58,861 bases of DNA. Source: Parachlamydiales bacterium. Its GTDB lineage: Bacteria; Chlamydiota; Chlamydiia; Chlamydiales; JAEYWL01. The position numbers and the translations under genes were made by a program. The stretch is from assembly GCA_020054065.1 (NCBI GenBank), contig JAGVLX010000080.1, forward strand, positions 1 to 58,861, written 5' to 3'. Positions 17,377-27,626 of the stretch are shown here, one piece after another. The notes beneath the pieces were generated by a model. It saw nothing but the letters and a program-made list of their open reading frames with translations, ran no database searches and was not told where the DNA came from. The first letter of the stretch is position 1; each line of letters starts with the position of its first letter.

Positions 17377-18651
17377 TTGGCCGGATCTTACCGAGACCTG
17401 CCAGGGACATTCTTACTCTATTCGGGCGGATCGCACGATTCAGCCCAGCGCTCGATCTTATTTCTCCTACCTTTCAACACGTTTAAGATTGACCGCGCCG
17501 ACAATACGAGCTGGGATGTATTAAAATCTGCTCTCGCTCTTGACAGGTCACCTTATCCCAATTGGACGGGCTATATCGGTTACCGGATGGGAGCTTACAG
17601 CGATCAGGACAAGTGGATGCAAACCGCGTCTGGAACCTATCCCGATCTCTATTTACAGCAAAGCGCTGTAACCCTCATTTGCGACCACCGTTCGCAAAGC
17701 GCGCAACTGATTATCCACGAACAGGCGCAACCCTTTCTGGATTGGACGCAGCAGGCTATTTTAAACCGGTTGCGGGATCCAAAAAATTGGCCTCAGACTG
17801 AATGGAAGATGGATTTAGGTTCTGCGCTGTTGCTTGAGTGTTCTGACACACGCGAACATTTTATCGAGAAAGTCAAACGCGCCAAAGATTACATTTTGGA
17901 TGGCGAAATCTATCAAGTCAATCTATCGCAGCAATTCCGCTATCAATCCACACTCGATCCCTTTATCTTATTTCAACGGCTGCAAGCGCTTAATCCAAAT
18001 CCATTTTCTGCCTATTTGCAGTTGCCGTTCGGATCGATCATCTCGGGATCTCCCGAACGATTCTTACGCAAGCAAGGGCGGCGCTTAGAAACCCGCCCGA
18101 TCAAGGGAACAGCACCCCGCAAAACGTGTCCTGAAGCCGATCAAACCAGCCGGGTTCAACTTATCCAATCGGCAAAAGAACAGGCAGAACTGCTCATGAT
18201 CACCGATCTCATGCGCAATGATTTGAGCCGGGTCAGTACGGCAGGCTCTGTCCGCGTACAAGAGTTGCAGCGCTGCGAAGAGTATACCAATGTCTTCCAT
18301 CTGCTTTCGATTATTCAGAGCACCGTCAAGCCGGATTTACATCCCGTGGATGTGATCCGCGCCTGTTTTCCCGGAGGCTCCATCACCGGATGCCCCAAAC
18401 TGCGCGCGATGGAAGTGATTGAAGAACTGGAAAAACGCCCCCGAGGCATCTACACCGGCTGCATTGGTTATCTGAACGGCAATGGCGATTTTGATTGGAA
18501 CCTCGCAATCCGCACCCTAACGTATCAGCAGGGCATCGTCGACGTGCAGCTGGGAGGCGGCATTGTTGCTGATTCCGATCCGCAGTTGGAATATGAAGAA
18601 ACCCTGCACAAAGGCGCTGGCATAAGAGCAGCACTAGGATGCAACGCATGA
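17377..18651 (+). CDS. pabB: Aminodeoxychorismate synthase component I (anthranilate synthase component I family)
   Basis: GEIYQVNLSQ, SPERF, TRPIKGTAPR, ITDLMRNDL, FPGGSITGCPK, GGGIVADS. Confidence 0.85.
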   Translation: MAGSYRDLPGTFLLYSGGSHDSAQRSILFLLPFNTFKIDRADNTSWDVLKSALALDRSPYPNWTGYIGYRMGAYSDQDKWMQTASGTYPDLYLQQSAVTLICDHRSQSAQLIIHEQAQPFLDWTQQAILNRLRDPKNWPQTEWKMDLGSALLLECSDTREHFIEKVKRAKDYILDGEIYQVNLSQQFRYQSTLDPFILFQRLQALNPNPFSAYLQLPFGSIISGSPERFLRKQGRRLETRPIKGTAPRKTCPEADQTSRVQLIQSAKEQAELLMITDLMRNDLSRVSTAGSVRVQELQRCEEYTNVFHLLSIIQSTVKPDLHPVDVIRACFPGGSITGCPKLRAMEVIEELEKRPRGIYTGCIGYLNGNGDFDWNLAIRTLTYQQGIVDVQLGGGIVADSDPQLEYEETLHKGAGIRAALGCNA

Positions 18652-19352
18652 AACCTTCACTCTTTACAAGTATGCTGGTTAAGGATGGGGTGATTCCACT
18701 TTTTAACGTCCATGCCGAGCGTTTAAAGAACGATTGCGCCCGATTTAATCTGCCGTGCGAGATTACACCGCAGGCTTTGCGCGAATTTGCAGCGCAGTAC
18801 CCTGCCCAACAAGGAACTTGGCGGATGCGGATCATTGTCCATCCTAATGCACCGCAAGAATACACCCTGGATCCCCTACCCGAACCCGTTCCAAAAGCCC
18901 TATCCCTTGTCACTTATCCCCATCCGCTTGACTTTACTTTTGCCTCTTTCAAACGATGGGGTTGTCCGAACCGCAGTGCGATCCAAACCTTCCTGCTACA
19001 ATCAGGCAGCGACGATGTATTAAAAATCCACCCCGATCACACCCTCTTGGAAACTGCGGTGGCCAATATCATTTGGTCCTCAAAAGGAATTTTTTATACC
19101 TCCGATCCCTCCCTTCCCCTCTATTTTGGGGTCACCTTATCTTTATTAAAACAAGTCCACCTCAGCCAAATTTCAATGGCCCAACTTCCCTTGGATTGCA
19201 AAATATTTACTATTAATGCCCTAAGAAAGGTCTCTCCGGTGCGGGCAGTGGATAGGCGCGAATTCCCTGCGGATTGGGAAGCCGCTGAACATTTGAATCG
19301 AGAGCTCGTGCAAAATTCTCTCATCCAAAACTCATTTTTGTTATATAGTTAA
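18639..19352 (+). CDS. pabC: Aminotransferase class IV, probable aminodeoxychorismate lyase
   Basis: HAERL, FK, ETAVANIIW, GVT motifs; overlaps pabB; sequence is divergent. Confidence 0.6.
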   Translation: MQRMKPSLFTSMLVKDGVIPLFNVHAERLKNDCARFNLPCEITPQALREFAAQYPAQQGTWRMRIIVHPNAPQEYTLDPLPEPVPKALSLVTYPHPLDFTFASFKRWGCPNRSAIQTFLLQSGSDDVLKIHPDHTLLETAVANIIWSSKGIFYTSDPSLPLYFGVTLSLLKQVHLSQISMAQLPLDCKIFTINALRKVSPVRAVDRREFPADWEAAEHLNRELVQNSLIQNSFLLYS

Positions 19353-19378
19353 CAGATACAAAATTAAATTAGATTTCT

Positions 19379-20140
19379 ATGCATCAAAAAACAGCGCCTA
19401 TTTCTCAACTCTATCCAGCTTACGAACTTACACAAATCGATCAAACCAACATTCCCAAACACATTGCAATCATCCCGGATGGAAACCGCCGGTGGGCTAA
19501 ACAACGGTTGAGCTCCTCAGCAGTCGGACACCGCGAAGGATGCGATACGATTATCGAAATCGTCAAAGCGGCGCGGGAACTGGGTGTCAAAGCCTTAACC
19601 ATTTACACCTTTTCAACCGAAAATTGGAATCGCCCCAAAGCCGAGATCGATGCCCTTATGAATTTGCTACAGGAGTTCCTGATCCGCGAACGTCAAACCA
19701 TGATCGATTATGGAGTGCGCTTGCAAACGATTGGAATTCCTGAACGATTGCCTGAGTTTGTTAAACAGGAATTGGCGGCGTGCAAAACGGCTACTGCAGA
19801 TGGCAATCAGATTGATTTTATCCTCGCCATCAACTACGGTTCAAAAGATGAGATGTGCCGCACCTTCAAAAAGCTTTTGGAACAAGTTCAAAAGGGCACA
19901 CTGCATGCCGATGCGATCACTCCGGAATTGATCAGTCGCAACCTAGATACAGCCCCTTGGCCTGATCCAGACCTCTTGATCCGCACAGGCGGAGAGCACC
20001 GCACCAGCAATTTCTTGCTCTGGCAAACAAGTTACGCCGAACTCTATCTCAGTGAGATTTTATGGCCTGATTTTTCGCCGCGCGATCTACTGCAAGCCAT
20101 CAAAACATTTCAAAAACGGGAGCGTAGGCTCGGAACATGA
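19379..20140 (+). CDS. uppS: Isoprenyl transferase (undecaprenyl diphosphate synthase)
   Basis: HIAIIPDGNRRWA, FSTENWNRP, DPDLLIRTGGEHRTSNFLLWQ. Confidence 0.96.
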   Translation: MHQKTAPISQLYPAYELTQIDQTNIPKHIAIIPDGNRRWAKQRLSSSAVGHREGCDTIIEIVKAARELGVKALTIYTFSTENWNRPKAEIDALMNLLQEFLIRERQTMIDYGVRLQTIGIPERLPEFVKQELAACKTATADGNQIDFILAINYGSKDEMCRTFKKLLEQVQKGTLHADAITPELISRNLDTAPWPDPDLLIRTGGEHRTSNFLLWQTSYAELYLSEILWPDFSPRDLLQAIKTFQKRERRLGT

Positions 20141-21006
20141 GTTTTTCCTCATTGAGCAATCTTTCTCAACGGCTGATTGTCAGCGGTGGTGCTGTCATTG
20201 TATTGCTGACCCTCATCTACCTTTCCCATCACCCTTTATTTGCTCCTCTCTTCGCGATCGCCCTTGCTTGCGTAGCCGGCTTTGCATTGTGGGAATATTA
20301 TCATATTAGCGAGGTGAAAGGATTTCATCCGCTCATTAAAATCGGATTGTTCACCACGACCGCTTATGTCATGGCGTCCTTCGTCAACATTCAAGAAGGG
20401 CAATCTTCGATCTTGCCGACCTTTATTTTAGCGCTAAGCTTTCTGATGAGCTTTACCTATTTTTTTCTGAATGATGACCAGCCGCTAGGCAACTTAGCCA
20501 TTACCACCTTCGGAATTATCTATCTGGCTATCCCGTTGACCTACCTGCTGAACATCAATTTTGGCATCCCCCTGGAAAATGGACGGGGTGATGGCCGATG
20601 GTGGGTGATCTTTACGCTGGCGGTCACTAAAATGACCGATACCGGCGCATTTTTTATCGGCAAAAGTTTAGGACGCACGAAACTAGCCGAACACATCAGC
20701 CCCAAAAAAACAATCGAAGGGGCCATGGGCGGAATGGTGTTTGCCGTCGTAACAAGCTTTCTATTTCCTTATCTGATCTATGTATTGGCCGGTGAAGGCA
20801 GTTTTTATCTAGAGTTGTGGGAAAGCATCATTTTGGGGATTTTGATTGGAGTGCTTGCGCAAATCGGCGATCTCGGCGAATCGGTCCTTAAGCGAGACGC
20901 AGGGGTCAAAGACAGCAATCAGCTGCCGGGCTTAGGCGGCATGCTCGATATGGTGGATTCTCTTGTTTTTACGATCCCATTAGTCTATTTTTATCTTTTG
21001 ATTTAG
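20137..21006 (+). CDS. cdsA: Phosphatidate cytidylyltransferase
   Basis: Multi-TM; DTGAFFIG, ISPKKTIEG, GDLGESVLKRDAGVKDS, GGMLDMVDS. Confidence 0.95.
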   Translation: MSFSSLSNLSQRLIVSGGAVIVLLTLIYLSHHPLFAPLFAIALACVAGFALWEYYHISEVKGFHPLIKIGLFTTTAYVMASFVNIQEGQSSILPTFILALSFLMSFTYFFLNDDQPLGNLAITTFGIIYLAIPLTYLLNINFGIPLENGRGDGRWWVIFTLAVTKMTDTGAFFIGKSLGRTKLAEHISPKKTIEGAMGGMVFAVVTSFLFPYLIYVLAGEGSFYLELWESIILGILIGVLAQIGDLGESVLKRDAGVKDSNQLPGLGGMLDMVDSLVFTIPLVYFYLLI

Positions 21007-21022
21007 CGAAGAGGAGTATTTT

Positions 21023-21703
21023 ATGATTATCACCATTGATGGCCCGGTTGCCACCGGTAAAAGTACAATCGCTAAAAAACTAGCAGCCTCGCTGGGATAC
21101 ATTTACTTCGACACCGGTGCCATGTACCGTGCATTGACTTATGGGGTCCTTAAAAACAAAATCGATTGCACCAATACCGACCAGCTAAAAGAGTACCTCA
21201 ATCGGTTTAGCTATAAAATCCGTTCTAAGTTCGGTGAAAAGTATTACTATGTGGACGGAGAAGATGTGTCGCAGCAAATCCGTGGTGACGAGGTCACCTC
21301 CAATGTTTCCCGCGTTTCTGCCCTACCCGTTGTCCGGGAAAAACTGGTTTCCCTGCAGCGTGAATTAGCCTCGGGAGTCAATGCCGTCTTTGAAGGGCGC
21401 GACATGGGAACGGTCGTCTTCCCTGACGCCAGGTTGAAAATCTTTCTCACCGGCCGTCCTGAAGTCCGGGCACAGCGGCGCTTTGATGAATTGAAAGAGA
21501 AGTTTCCCGAAGAAGCTGCCAACCTGACGATGGAAAAAGTGCTCGAGGACCTCAATAAACGGGACAACTATGACTCTTCTCGCGAAACATCCCCTCTCAA
21601 ACAAGCAGAAGATGCTTATCTGGTAGATACTTCCGATCTCACGCCGGACGAAATCGTCTTTAAAATCCTGGAATTCAAGGACGCAAAAGCCCGCCAGAAA
21701 TAG
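21023..21703 (+). CDS. cmk: Cytidylate kinase
   Basis: TIDGPVATGKST, DTGAMYRA, EGRDMGTVVFPDA. Confidence 0.97.
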   Translation: MIITIDGPVATGKSTIAKKLAASLGYIYFDTGAMYRALTYGVLKNKIDCTNTDQLKEYLNRFSYKIRSKFGEKYYYVDGEDVSQQIRGDEVTSNVSRVSALPVVREKLVSLQRELASGVNAVFEGRDMGTVVFPDARLKIFLTGRPEVRAQRRFDELKEKFPEEAANLTMEKVLEDLNKRDNYDSSRETSPLKQAEDAYLVDTSDLTPDEIVFKILEFKDAKARQK

Positions 21704-21709
21704 TCGAAA

Positions 21710-21745
21710 CAGGACAAACAAGACTCACACGACATACAGGACGAG
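21710..21745 (+). repeat. 9-bp-period GAC element (single arm, 4 units)
   Basis: caggacaaa-caagactca-cacgacata-caggacgag, 6 nt after the cmk stop. Confidence 0.8.
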
Positions 21746-21841
21746 TTTGCCCCAGGCAAAGAGTCCCATACTCTCGGTTGAAAAGAATAATTATTCGAAT
21801 TAAACTTCTTTTTTTTCATAACTCTTAACCAGGTAGTAATA

Positions 21842-22951
21842 ATGAAAATCGGAGTCCCCAAAGAACAGAAAACGCAAGAATATCGTGTCGGCGCCACCCC
21901 CTCTGCTGTCGATGCCTTAAAAAAAGCCGGCCATCACATCGTGGTCCAATCGGGTGCCGGATCCAAAATCGGTTACAGTGATGAACGTTATGCTGAAGCG
22001 GGCGCACAGATCGTAGACTCCTTGGATGATGTGTACCAATCGGAAATGATCCTAAAAGTTAAAGAGCCGCAAAAACAGGAGTTCCCTCTCCTCAAAGAAG
22101 GGCAAATTCTTTTCTGTTATTTGCATCTAGCCCCCGATCCGGCGCAAACGGCTGAACTAATCAAAAGCAAAGTGGTCGGAATCGCCTACGAAACCGTTAC
22201 CGACTTAAAAGGCAACCTGCCTTTGCTTGTCCCCATGAGTGAAATCGCCGGACGCATCTCGATTCAGGTGGCTGCGACCGCTCTGCAAATGAACTTTGGC
22301 GGCAAGGGGCTGGTCATGGGCGGAGTGCCAGGCGTTCCTCCCGCAAATGTGGTGATTATCGGCGGCGGCGTGGTCGGAACAGAAGCTGCCCGCATGGCGT
22401 TGGGATTCGGATCAGATGTCACGATCATCGACCGCAACCTCAGCCGTCTGCGCCAGCTGGATTATTTGTTTGGACCCCGGCTAAAAACCCTTTATTCTTC
22501 GACCTTAGCCATCGAAGATTCGATCAAGCATGCGGATGTCGTGATCGGGTCGGTCCTGATCCCCGGAAAAAAAGCACCCAAGCTCATCACGCGTAAAATG
22601 ATTGCTTCCATGGAATCTGGCTCGGTCTTTATCGATGTGGCGATTGACCAGGGAGGGTGTTCCGAAACTTCTAAACCGACTACCCACGAAAACCCCACAT
22701 ATCTAGTCGATGGTGTTGTTCACTATTGTGTCACCAATATGCCAGGGGCTTGTTCACGCACCGCGACACAAGCGTTGACCAATGCGACGCTGGAATATAC
22801 GCTCAAGTTAGCGAACAAAGGGTACCGCGTTGCCTTAACAGAGGATCCCGGTTTGCGTCATGGATTGAATGTCTACCGGGGCCATGTCACAAACGAGCAT
22901 GTCGCCCACGACCTAAACTACACTTACACACCTGCAGAGCAGTTGTTATAA
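21842..22951 (+). CDS. ald: Alanine dehydrogenase
   Basis: MKIGVPKE..EYRVGATP, KVKEP, YLHLA, GGGVVG, DVAIDQGGC, HYCVTNMPG. Confidence 0.96.
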   Translation: MKIGVPKEQKTQEYRVGATPSAVDALKKAGHHIVVQSGAGSKIGYSDERYAEAGAQIVDSLDDVYQSEMILKVKEPQKQEFPLLKEGQILFCYLHLAPDPAQTAELIKSKVVGIAYETVTDLKGNLPLLVPMSEIAGRISIQVAATALQMNFGGKGLVMGGVPGVPPANVVIIGGGVVGTEAARMALGFGSDVTIIDRNLSRLRQLDYLFGPRLKTLYSSTLAIEDSIKHADVVIGSVLIPGKKAPKLITRKMIASMESGSVFIDVAIDQGGCSETSKPTTHENPTYLVDGVVHYCVTNMPGACSRTATQALTNATLEYTLKLANKGYRVALTEDPGLRHGLNVYRGHVTNEHVAHDLNYTYTPAEQLL

Positions 22952-22959
22952 AAGTTTTT

Positions 22960-23023
22960 AAACAGGACCACGACAAACACGACCTACAGGACAAATATAT
23001 GTATCCTGTAGGTCGTGTCCTTT
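22960..23023. repeat. 9-bp-period GAC hairpin element
   Basis: AAACAGGACCACGACAAACACGACCTACAGGAC; perfect 15-bp stem 22977..22991 / 23004..23018. Confidence 0.85.
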
Positions 23024-23036
23024 AAAGGATTCATTT

Positions 23037-24755
23037 ATGGACGTACAAGCGCATCACATTTCTTATGCGATAGACAGAAAGCCGCGGGTGGAAGTGACCC
23101 ATACCCAACATCACCTCACTTCCATTTTTAAACAATGCGGTTTTAATCCTGGCAGCCTTACGGCAATCATTTGGGAATGCATGATCAATCTTCGTTGCCA
23201 GCGGCTGGTAGTAAACATCGTCAAGCAAGTGGTTCATAGCGACATCGAACCTACCTCCATGATTGTGGTTTGTGATGCATGCCAAAAAAAATTCAATCAG
23301 TTGGTGTTTACCGCGCCGGTCACTACACGTCCCAATGATTCCGATGAAGAGGAGGATGCTTTAGCCCGTAAACGCTCCGATTATTTATTACGGGCCAGCG
23401 TTAAAATCTTGGTGACCCGGGCAGGGATGCTACCGGATGAGGCTTTTCCTCCTCTCCCTGAAGAGATCGCCCCCACACCCATCTGCGAAAGGCGATTCAC
23501 TTCCCAAGAATATAAAGGATTCATCCTCGCCTTAAGAGAATATCTTCATGCAAAACAGGCGACGTTTACCTCCCAAAAAATCGGAGACTTTGCTCCTGCA
23601 AACCCTTTTGAAAATGCTTGCTGGCATTTTTTAGATCATTTGCAGGAAAACGATCCCGATCAGCCTAAGCTACAACTCCGTTTGTTCCACGAAAAATTAT
23701 ATTCCCGGTTGCGTACGGCTTTATGTAGCGATAGCAGAGAATTCACGTCCGAAACTTCGGGCCATTACCGCAGCATGCTCAAAGATTTCATCCACTGGAT
23801 GTTTACCAGAAACCTAAGAACACCTGATTGGAAAGCGTTTCTGAAGCCATTGATGCCGCCTGATTTTTCTCAGTTCGACCTCGACCATCTCGAGGCTGAT
23901 TTTGAAAAGCTGCGTCAATGGTTTGAAGCAAAGCGTGAATTTTCCGGATCCACTTTTGCGACGAGCATTTTTAAAGAGGGGGATATGTCGTGCTATATTG
24001 GCGACATTCAAATTGATGACCTCACCTGCCATCTCGTGCGAACGGCAGCTTTAGTATGCCCTGGAAATAAAATATTTTCTCTAGTTAATGAATTTGAACA
24101 TTTTGTCATGACAAGCGATCACCCGATCGTTTATTTCAATGGGATGAATACAGCCGAAGAAGTTGCGAAAAGGGAAGGACTGCATCTAGCCGAACGGCAG
24201 CCGCACCTGAGCAAGCTACATGTCTTCACTGAAACAATCAAACTCCATTTTCCGCAATCCCAATTTGAGGATGCGGAATGTTTTATAGAATATTTGATCG
24301 ACAAACAGTTGACCGTGTCCAATGACCACAAGGTATTGTCAGGCAATTTTAAGATCAACTACAACTATCTTAGACAATACATTGCGGGTTTAGTTGCTCA
24401 TATCCATACACACATTTTTAAAAGCAAAAAGACCCTATCGGAAGAAGAACGCATCTTGTTCCATCTGTACGCCTGCCTCGAATTTATGAATTATAAAATC
24501 AAATTCATCCGGCCACGCACTATCTTCTTCGGCTGCCACGGAGGAGTAGACCGCAGCACCATGATGTACACCCTTTGGTGCGGCTACAATCTGCTAAAGA
24601 AAAACCAACTGACCCCCGAAAGGATGGAGGATTTGGCGGTCAACTTCCTGACGCCTGCGCTTCTCCTCAGCAACCGCCCGCCTCATACCACAGAGTATGT
24701 GGGCAGATATTTGGCTGCGTTTAAGAAATTTGGCACCCTCCCGGATGAAGCATGA
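23037..24755 (+). CDS. Hypothetical protein with C-terminal CX5R (PTP/phosphoinositide phosphatase-like) motif
   Basis: TIFFGCHGGVDRS near the C-terminus; the remainder is not recognised; stop overlaps the next ATG. Confidence 0.6.
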   Translation: MDVQAHHISYAIDRKPRVEVTHTQHHLTSIFKQCGFNPGSLTAIIWECMINLRCQRLVVNIVKQVVHSDIEPTSMIVVCDACQKKFNQLVFTAPVTTRPNDSDEEEDALARKRSDYLLRASVKILVTRAGMLPDEAFPPLPEEIAPTPICERRFTSQEYKGFILALREYLHAKQATFTSQKIGDFAPANPFENACWHFLDHLQENDPDQPKLQLRLFHEKLYSRLRTALCSDSREFTSETSGHYRSMLKDFIHWMFTRNLRTPDWKAFLKPLMPPDFSQFDLDHLEADFEKLRQWFEAKREFSGSTFATSIFKEGDMSCYIGDIQIDDLTCHLVRTAALVCPGNKIFSLVNEFEHFVMTSDHPIVYFNGMNTAEEVAKREGLHLAERQPHLSKLHVFTETIKLHFPQSQFEDAECFIEYLIDKQLTVSNDHKVLSGNFKINYNYLRQYIAGLVAHIHTHIFKSKKTLSEEERILFHLYACLEFMNYKIKFIRPRTIFFGCHGGVDRSTMMYTLWCGYNLLKKNQLTPERMEDLAVNFLTPALLLSNRPPHTTEYVGRYLAAFKKFGTLPDEA

Positions 24756-27472
24756 AGCGTTTCGTGATTGGAATCGATTTAGGGACAACCAATAGCTGCC
24801 TCTCTTATCTAAATCTCGAGAAAGGGACGATCCATAGCGTTGAAATTCCTCAGTTGACGGGCGCTGGTGAAGTAAAAACTTCCCCTATGCTACCTTCATG
24901 TTGTTATCTGGCTGCTCCGCATGAGTGGAAACAAGGCGCACTAGACCTGCCCTGGAAAAATGCGTCTATAAGCGATTTTATCGGCAAGCTGGCACGCGAC
25001 CGCGGCGGACAAGTGCCGACCCGTTTGGTGCAATCAGCAAAAAGTTGGCTGTGCCATGGAGCAGCCAATCGACGCGAGCGGATTTTGCCACTCGAGGCGG
25101 CAGAAGAAGAGCGGCGGATAAGTCCGGTGGAAGCAAGCGCAAAAATTCTCGCGCATTTGAAAGCAGCCTGGTGTCATCTCATCGATGATTTTGATGAACA
25201 TGATGTGGTGCTAACCGTTCCAGCGTCTTTTGACGAAGTCGCCCGTAATCTTACGATCGAAGCCGCGCAGCAAGCGGGATATCAACGGCTGACCCTATTA
25301 GAAGAGCCGCAAGCGGCTTTCTACAGCTGGATGGCACATCACTGCAAAGAGCTCGCCCGGATGCCCTCCGGCGCAATCATCCTGGTATGCGACATTGGCG
25401 GAGGCACTACCGACTTCAGTTTAATTGAGGTGACGGGAACCGATGCAGATAAAGAGTTCAGACGGCTTGCAGTCGGTAATCATTTGCTGCTAGGCGGAGA
25501 TAACATCGACCGCGCCATTGCGCACTTTTTGGAACCGCAATTCAATCTAGAACTCAATACAACTCAATGGCTGCAACTCGTGCAGCAAAGCCGATACGTG
25601 AAAGAACAAGCATTAGGCGCTGCGCAAGGCGAACTTAGTATCACCTTGCAGGGCTCGGGGAACAAAGTGGTCGGCAATACTCTGCGCTTAGAAGTCGACC
25701 GCAATGCCATCAAACAGCTGGTCATGGAAGGATTTTTTCCCTATCAAGATTGGGAAGAGGCGATCGTGCTTAAACGCACGCATGGAATTAAAACGTTGGG
25801 ACTGCCTTATGAAGAGGAGCCATCAATCCTCAAGCATCTGGCGCATTTTTTAAATCAGCACCGCCACAATATCCAGAATAAATGGCCAAGTTACATTTTA
25901 TTTAATGGCGGCACCCTTAAGCCGCTTATCCTACAGCAAACGATTGTGCAGGCGCTCGAAAAATGGTCGCAACAGGCGGTCACCGTGCTTCAAAGCACAA
26001 GCCTCGATTTAGCGGTGGCGCACGGCGCAGCGTATTACGGCGGAACCCGCGCGGGCTATGGCGTTAAAATCAAAGGGGGCACAGCGCGCGCCTGTTACTT
26101 GGAAATTGAAACACTGGAAGGCAATGGGCTAGTGAAAAAAGCCCTTACCCTGATTCCAAGAGGCGCTGAAGAGGAGTACTGCTACAAACCCGATCAACTC
26201 TTTCACCTGCGGGCGAATCAGCCTGTCTCGTTCCATGTGCTGACCTCACATACACGCCTTTCCGATGCTCCGGGAACATTAATCGACATGAATGAAACGG
26301 AAATGCATGCGTTGCCTCCGATCCATACTCTGCTGCGTTATGGCAAAAACCATCACGAATCGCTCCCGGTCAAAATGGAAGCCGCGTTAACTCCCCTAGG
26401 CACCATCGAATTAGCCTTGCAATCAGCCGCCACCTCGCACCGCTGGAAGCTGGAATTTCAGCTGCAAAGCGTGGAAGGGCATGTGATGGCAAACGAACAA
26501 GGTGTCTCTGTCCAGCAAGATGAATTGGTCGATCAAGAAGTATTAGAGAAAGGGATCGGAGTAATTGAAGGAATCTTCAAGACGGGTAAGGTAAAACCGC
26601 AAGAAAGTTATAAAGCGCTGGAGCTGGCTTTGCAAAAAGAGCGCTTAGAATGGCCTCCTAGCTTATTACGAGGATTGTGGAGCCCGCTGCTTCAATGCGC
26701 AAGTGAACGTAAGCGTTCTTCCGAATTGGAATCTCGTTGGTGGAATTTAGCGGGATTTTTCTTACGGCCTGGATGTGGATATCCGCTGGATGACCATCGC
26801 TTAAAAGAGTTATGGAAAATTGTTTTAGCGGAACAGAACGCTCCCAAACCCGCCGACGTGCAGTTGCAGCAGTGGATTTGCTTCCGGCGAATCGCTGGCG
26901 GACTCAATAAGGGACAGCAGAATCAACTCGCGCATAGCTGGCAGGGTTCCTTATATGGAAAAAATGGCGGATTGGTAGAAAGTAAAAACAAAAATGAAGC
27001 TTACGCGTTTTCAGAAAAAATTCGTGCATTAGCCGCTTTTGAGCTGATAGAGCCAGCCATGAAGATCAAGCTAGGGAATGCCCTGCTGAAAAAAGTCTTG
27101 GAAGGTTCCGGCACCGCTGCAGAGTATTGGTCCTTAGGACGGATCGGCGCTAGGCAGTTACTATCGGGTTCTATGACCCAAGTAGTGCCTAAGCCGATTT
27201 GTGAGGAGTGGCTGCATGCCATTGCCGATCGATACAGTCAGCTAGATCCTGCGTGGCTTGGTTATTTGATCAGTCAAATGGCCCGCAAAACCGAACAACG
27301 GGAGCACCATCTTTCCGCAAGCTTAACACAGCGTTTGATTGAAATTGCCAAGCAGTTGCCCGAACAAGAGCACTTAATGGAGTTATTGACAACCCCTCAA
27401 AGATTAACTCAAAAAGAGCAAGAACAGTTATTCGGGGAAAAATTGCCAACCGGACTTTTCCTAAACGTGTAA
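24752..27472 (+). CDS. Hsp70-family protein with extended C-terminal domain (DUF3731-like); not canonical DnaK
   Basis: GIDLGTTNS, VPASFD, LLEEPQAAFY, DIGGGTTD; C-terminal WWNLAGFFLRPGCG and YWSLGRIGAR; 906 aa. Confidence 0.85.
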   Translation: MKRFVIGIDLGTTNSCLSYLNLEKGTIHSVEIPQLTGAGEVKTSPMLPSCCYLAAPHEWKQGALDLPWKNASISDFIGKLARDRGGQVPTRLVQSAKSWLCHGAANRRERILPLEAAEEERRISPVEASAKILAHLKAAWCHLIDDFDEHDVVLTVPASFDEVARNLTIEAAQQAGYQRLTLLEEPQAAFYSWMAHHCKELARMPSGAIILVCDIGGGTTDFSLIEVTGTDADKEFRRLAVGNHLLLGGDNIDRAIAHFLEPQFNLELNTTQWLQLVQQSRYVKEQALGAAQGELSITLQGSGNKVVGNTLRLEVDRNAIKQLVMEGFFPYQDWEEAIVLKRTHGIKTLGLPYEEEPSILKHLAHFLNQHRHNIQNKWPSYILFNGGTLKPLILQQTIVQALEKWSQQAVTVLQSTSLDLAVAHGAAYYGGTRAGYGVKIKGGTARACYLEIETLEGNGLVKKALTLIPRGAEEEYCYKPDQLFHLRANQPVSFHVLTSHTRLSDAPGTLIDMNETEMHALPPIHTLLRYGKNHHESLPVKMEAALTPLGTIELALQSAATSHRWKLEFQLQSVEGHVMANEQGVSVQQDELVDQEVLEKGIGVIEGIFKTGKVKPQESYKALELALQKERLEWPPSLLRGLWSPLLQCASERKRSSELESRWWNLAGFFLRPGCGYPLDDHRLKELWKIVLAEQNAPKPADVQLQQWICFRRIAGGLNKGQQNQLAHSWQGSLYGKNGGLVESKNKNEAYAFSEKIRALAAFELIEPAMKIKLGNALLKKVLEGSGTAAEYWSLGRIGARQLLSGSMTQVVPKPICEEWLHAIADRYSQLDPAWLGYLISQMARKTEQREHHLSASLTQRLIEIAKQLPEQEHLMELLTTPQRLTQKEQEQLFGEKLPTGLFLNV

Positions 27473-27479
27473 TTGCAGA

Positions 27480-27497
27480 CAGGACTTTCAGGACGTT
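27480..27497 (+). repeat. Short GAC element remnant (2 units)
   Basis: caggacttt-caggacgtt, 7 nt after the Hsp70-like stop. Confidence 0.55.
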
Positions 27498-27570
27498 TGT
27501 CGAGAATTATCATCTCAATCCATTGATTTTAAGTTGGTTAAAAGATCGCCGCAACTTAAACATTTTAAAC

Positions 27571-27599
27571 TTGGATTGGAATCAGAACCTTACTATATT
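27571..27599 (+). promoter_or_regulatory. Candidate sigma66 promoter of the SNF2 helicase gene
   Basis: TTGGAT-17 nt-TATATT, 27 nt upstream of the ATG. Confidence 0.3.
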
Positions 27600-27626
27600 T
27601 AACTAAATACACCCATGTAATTAAGC

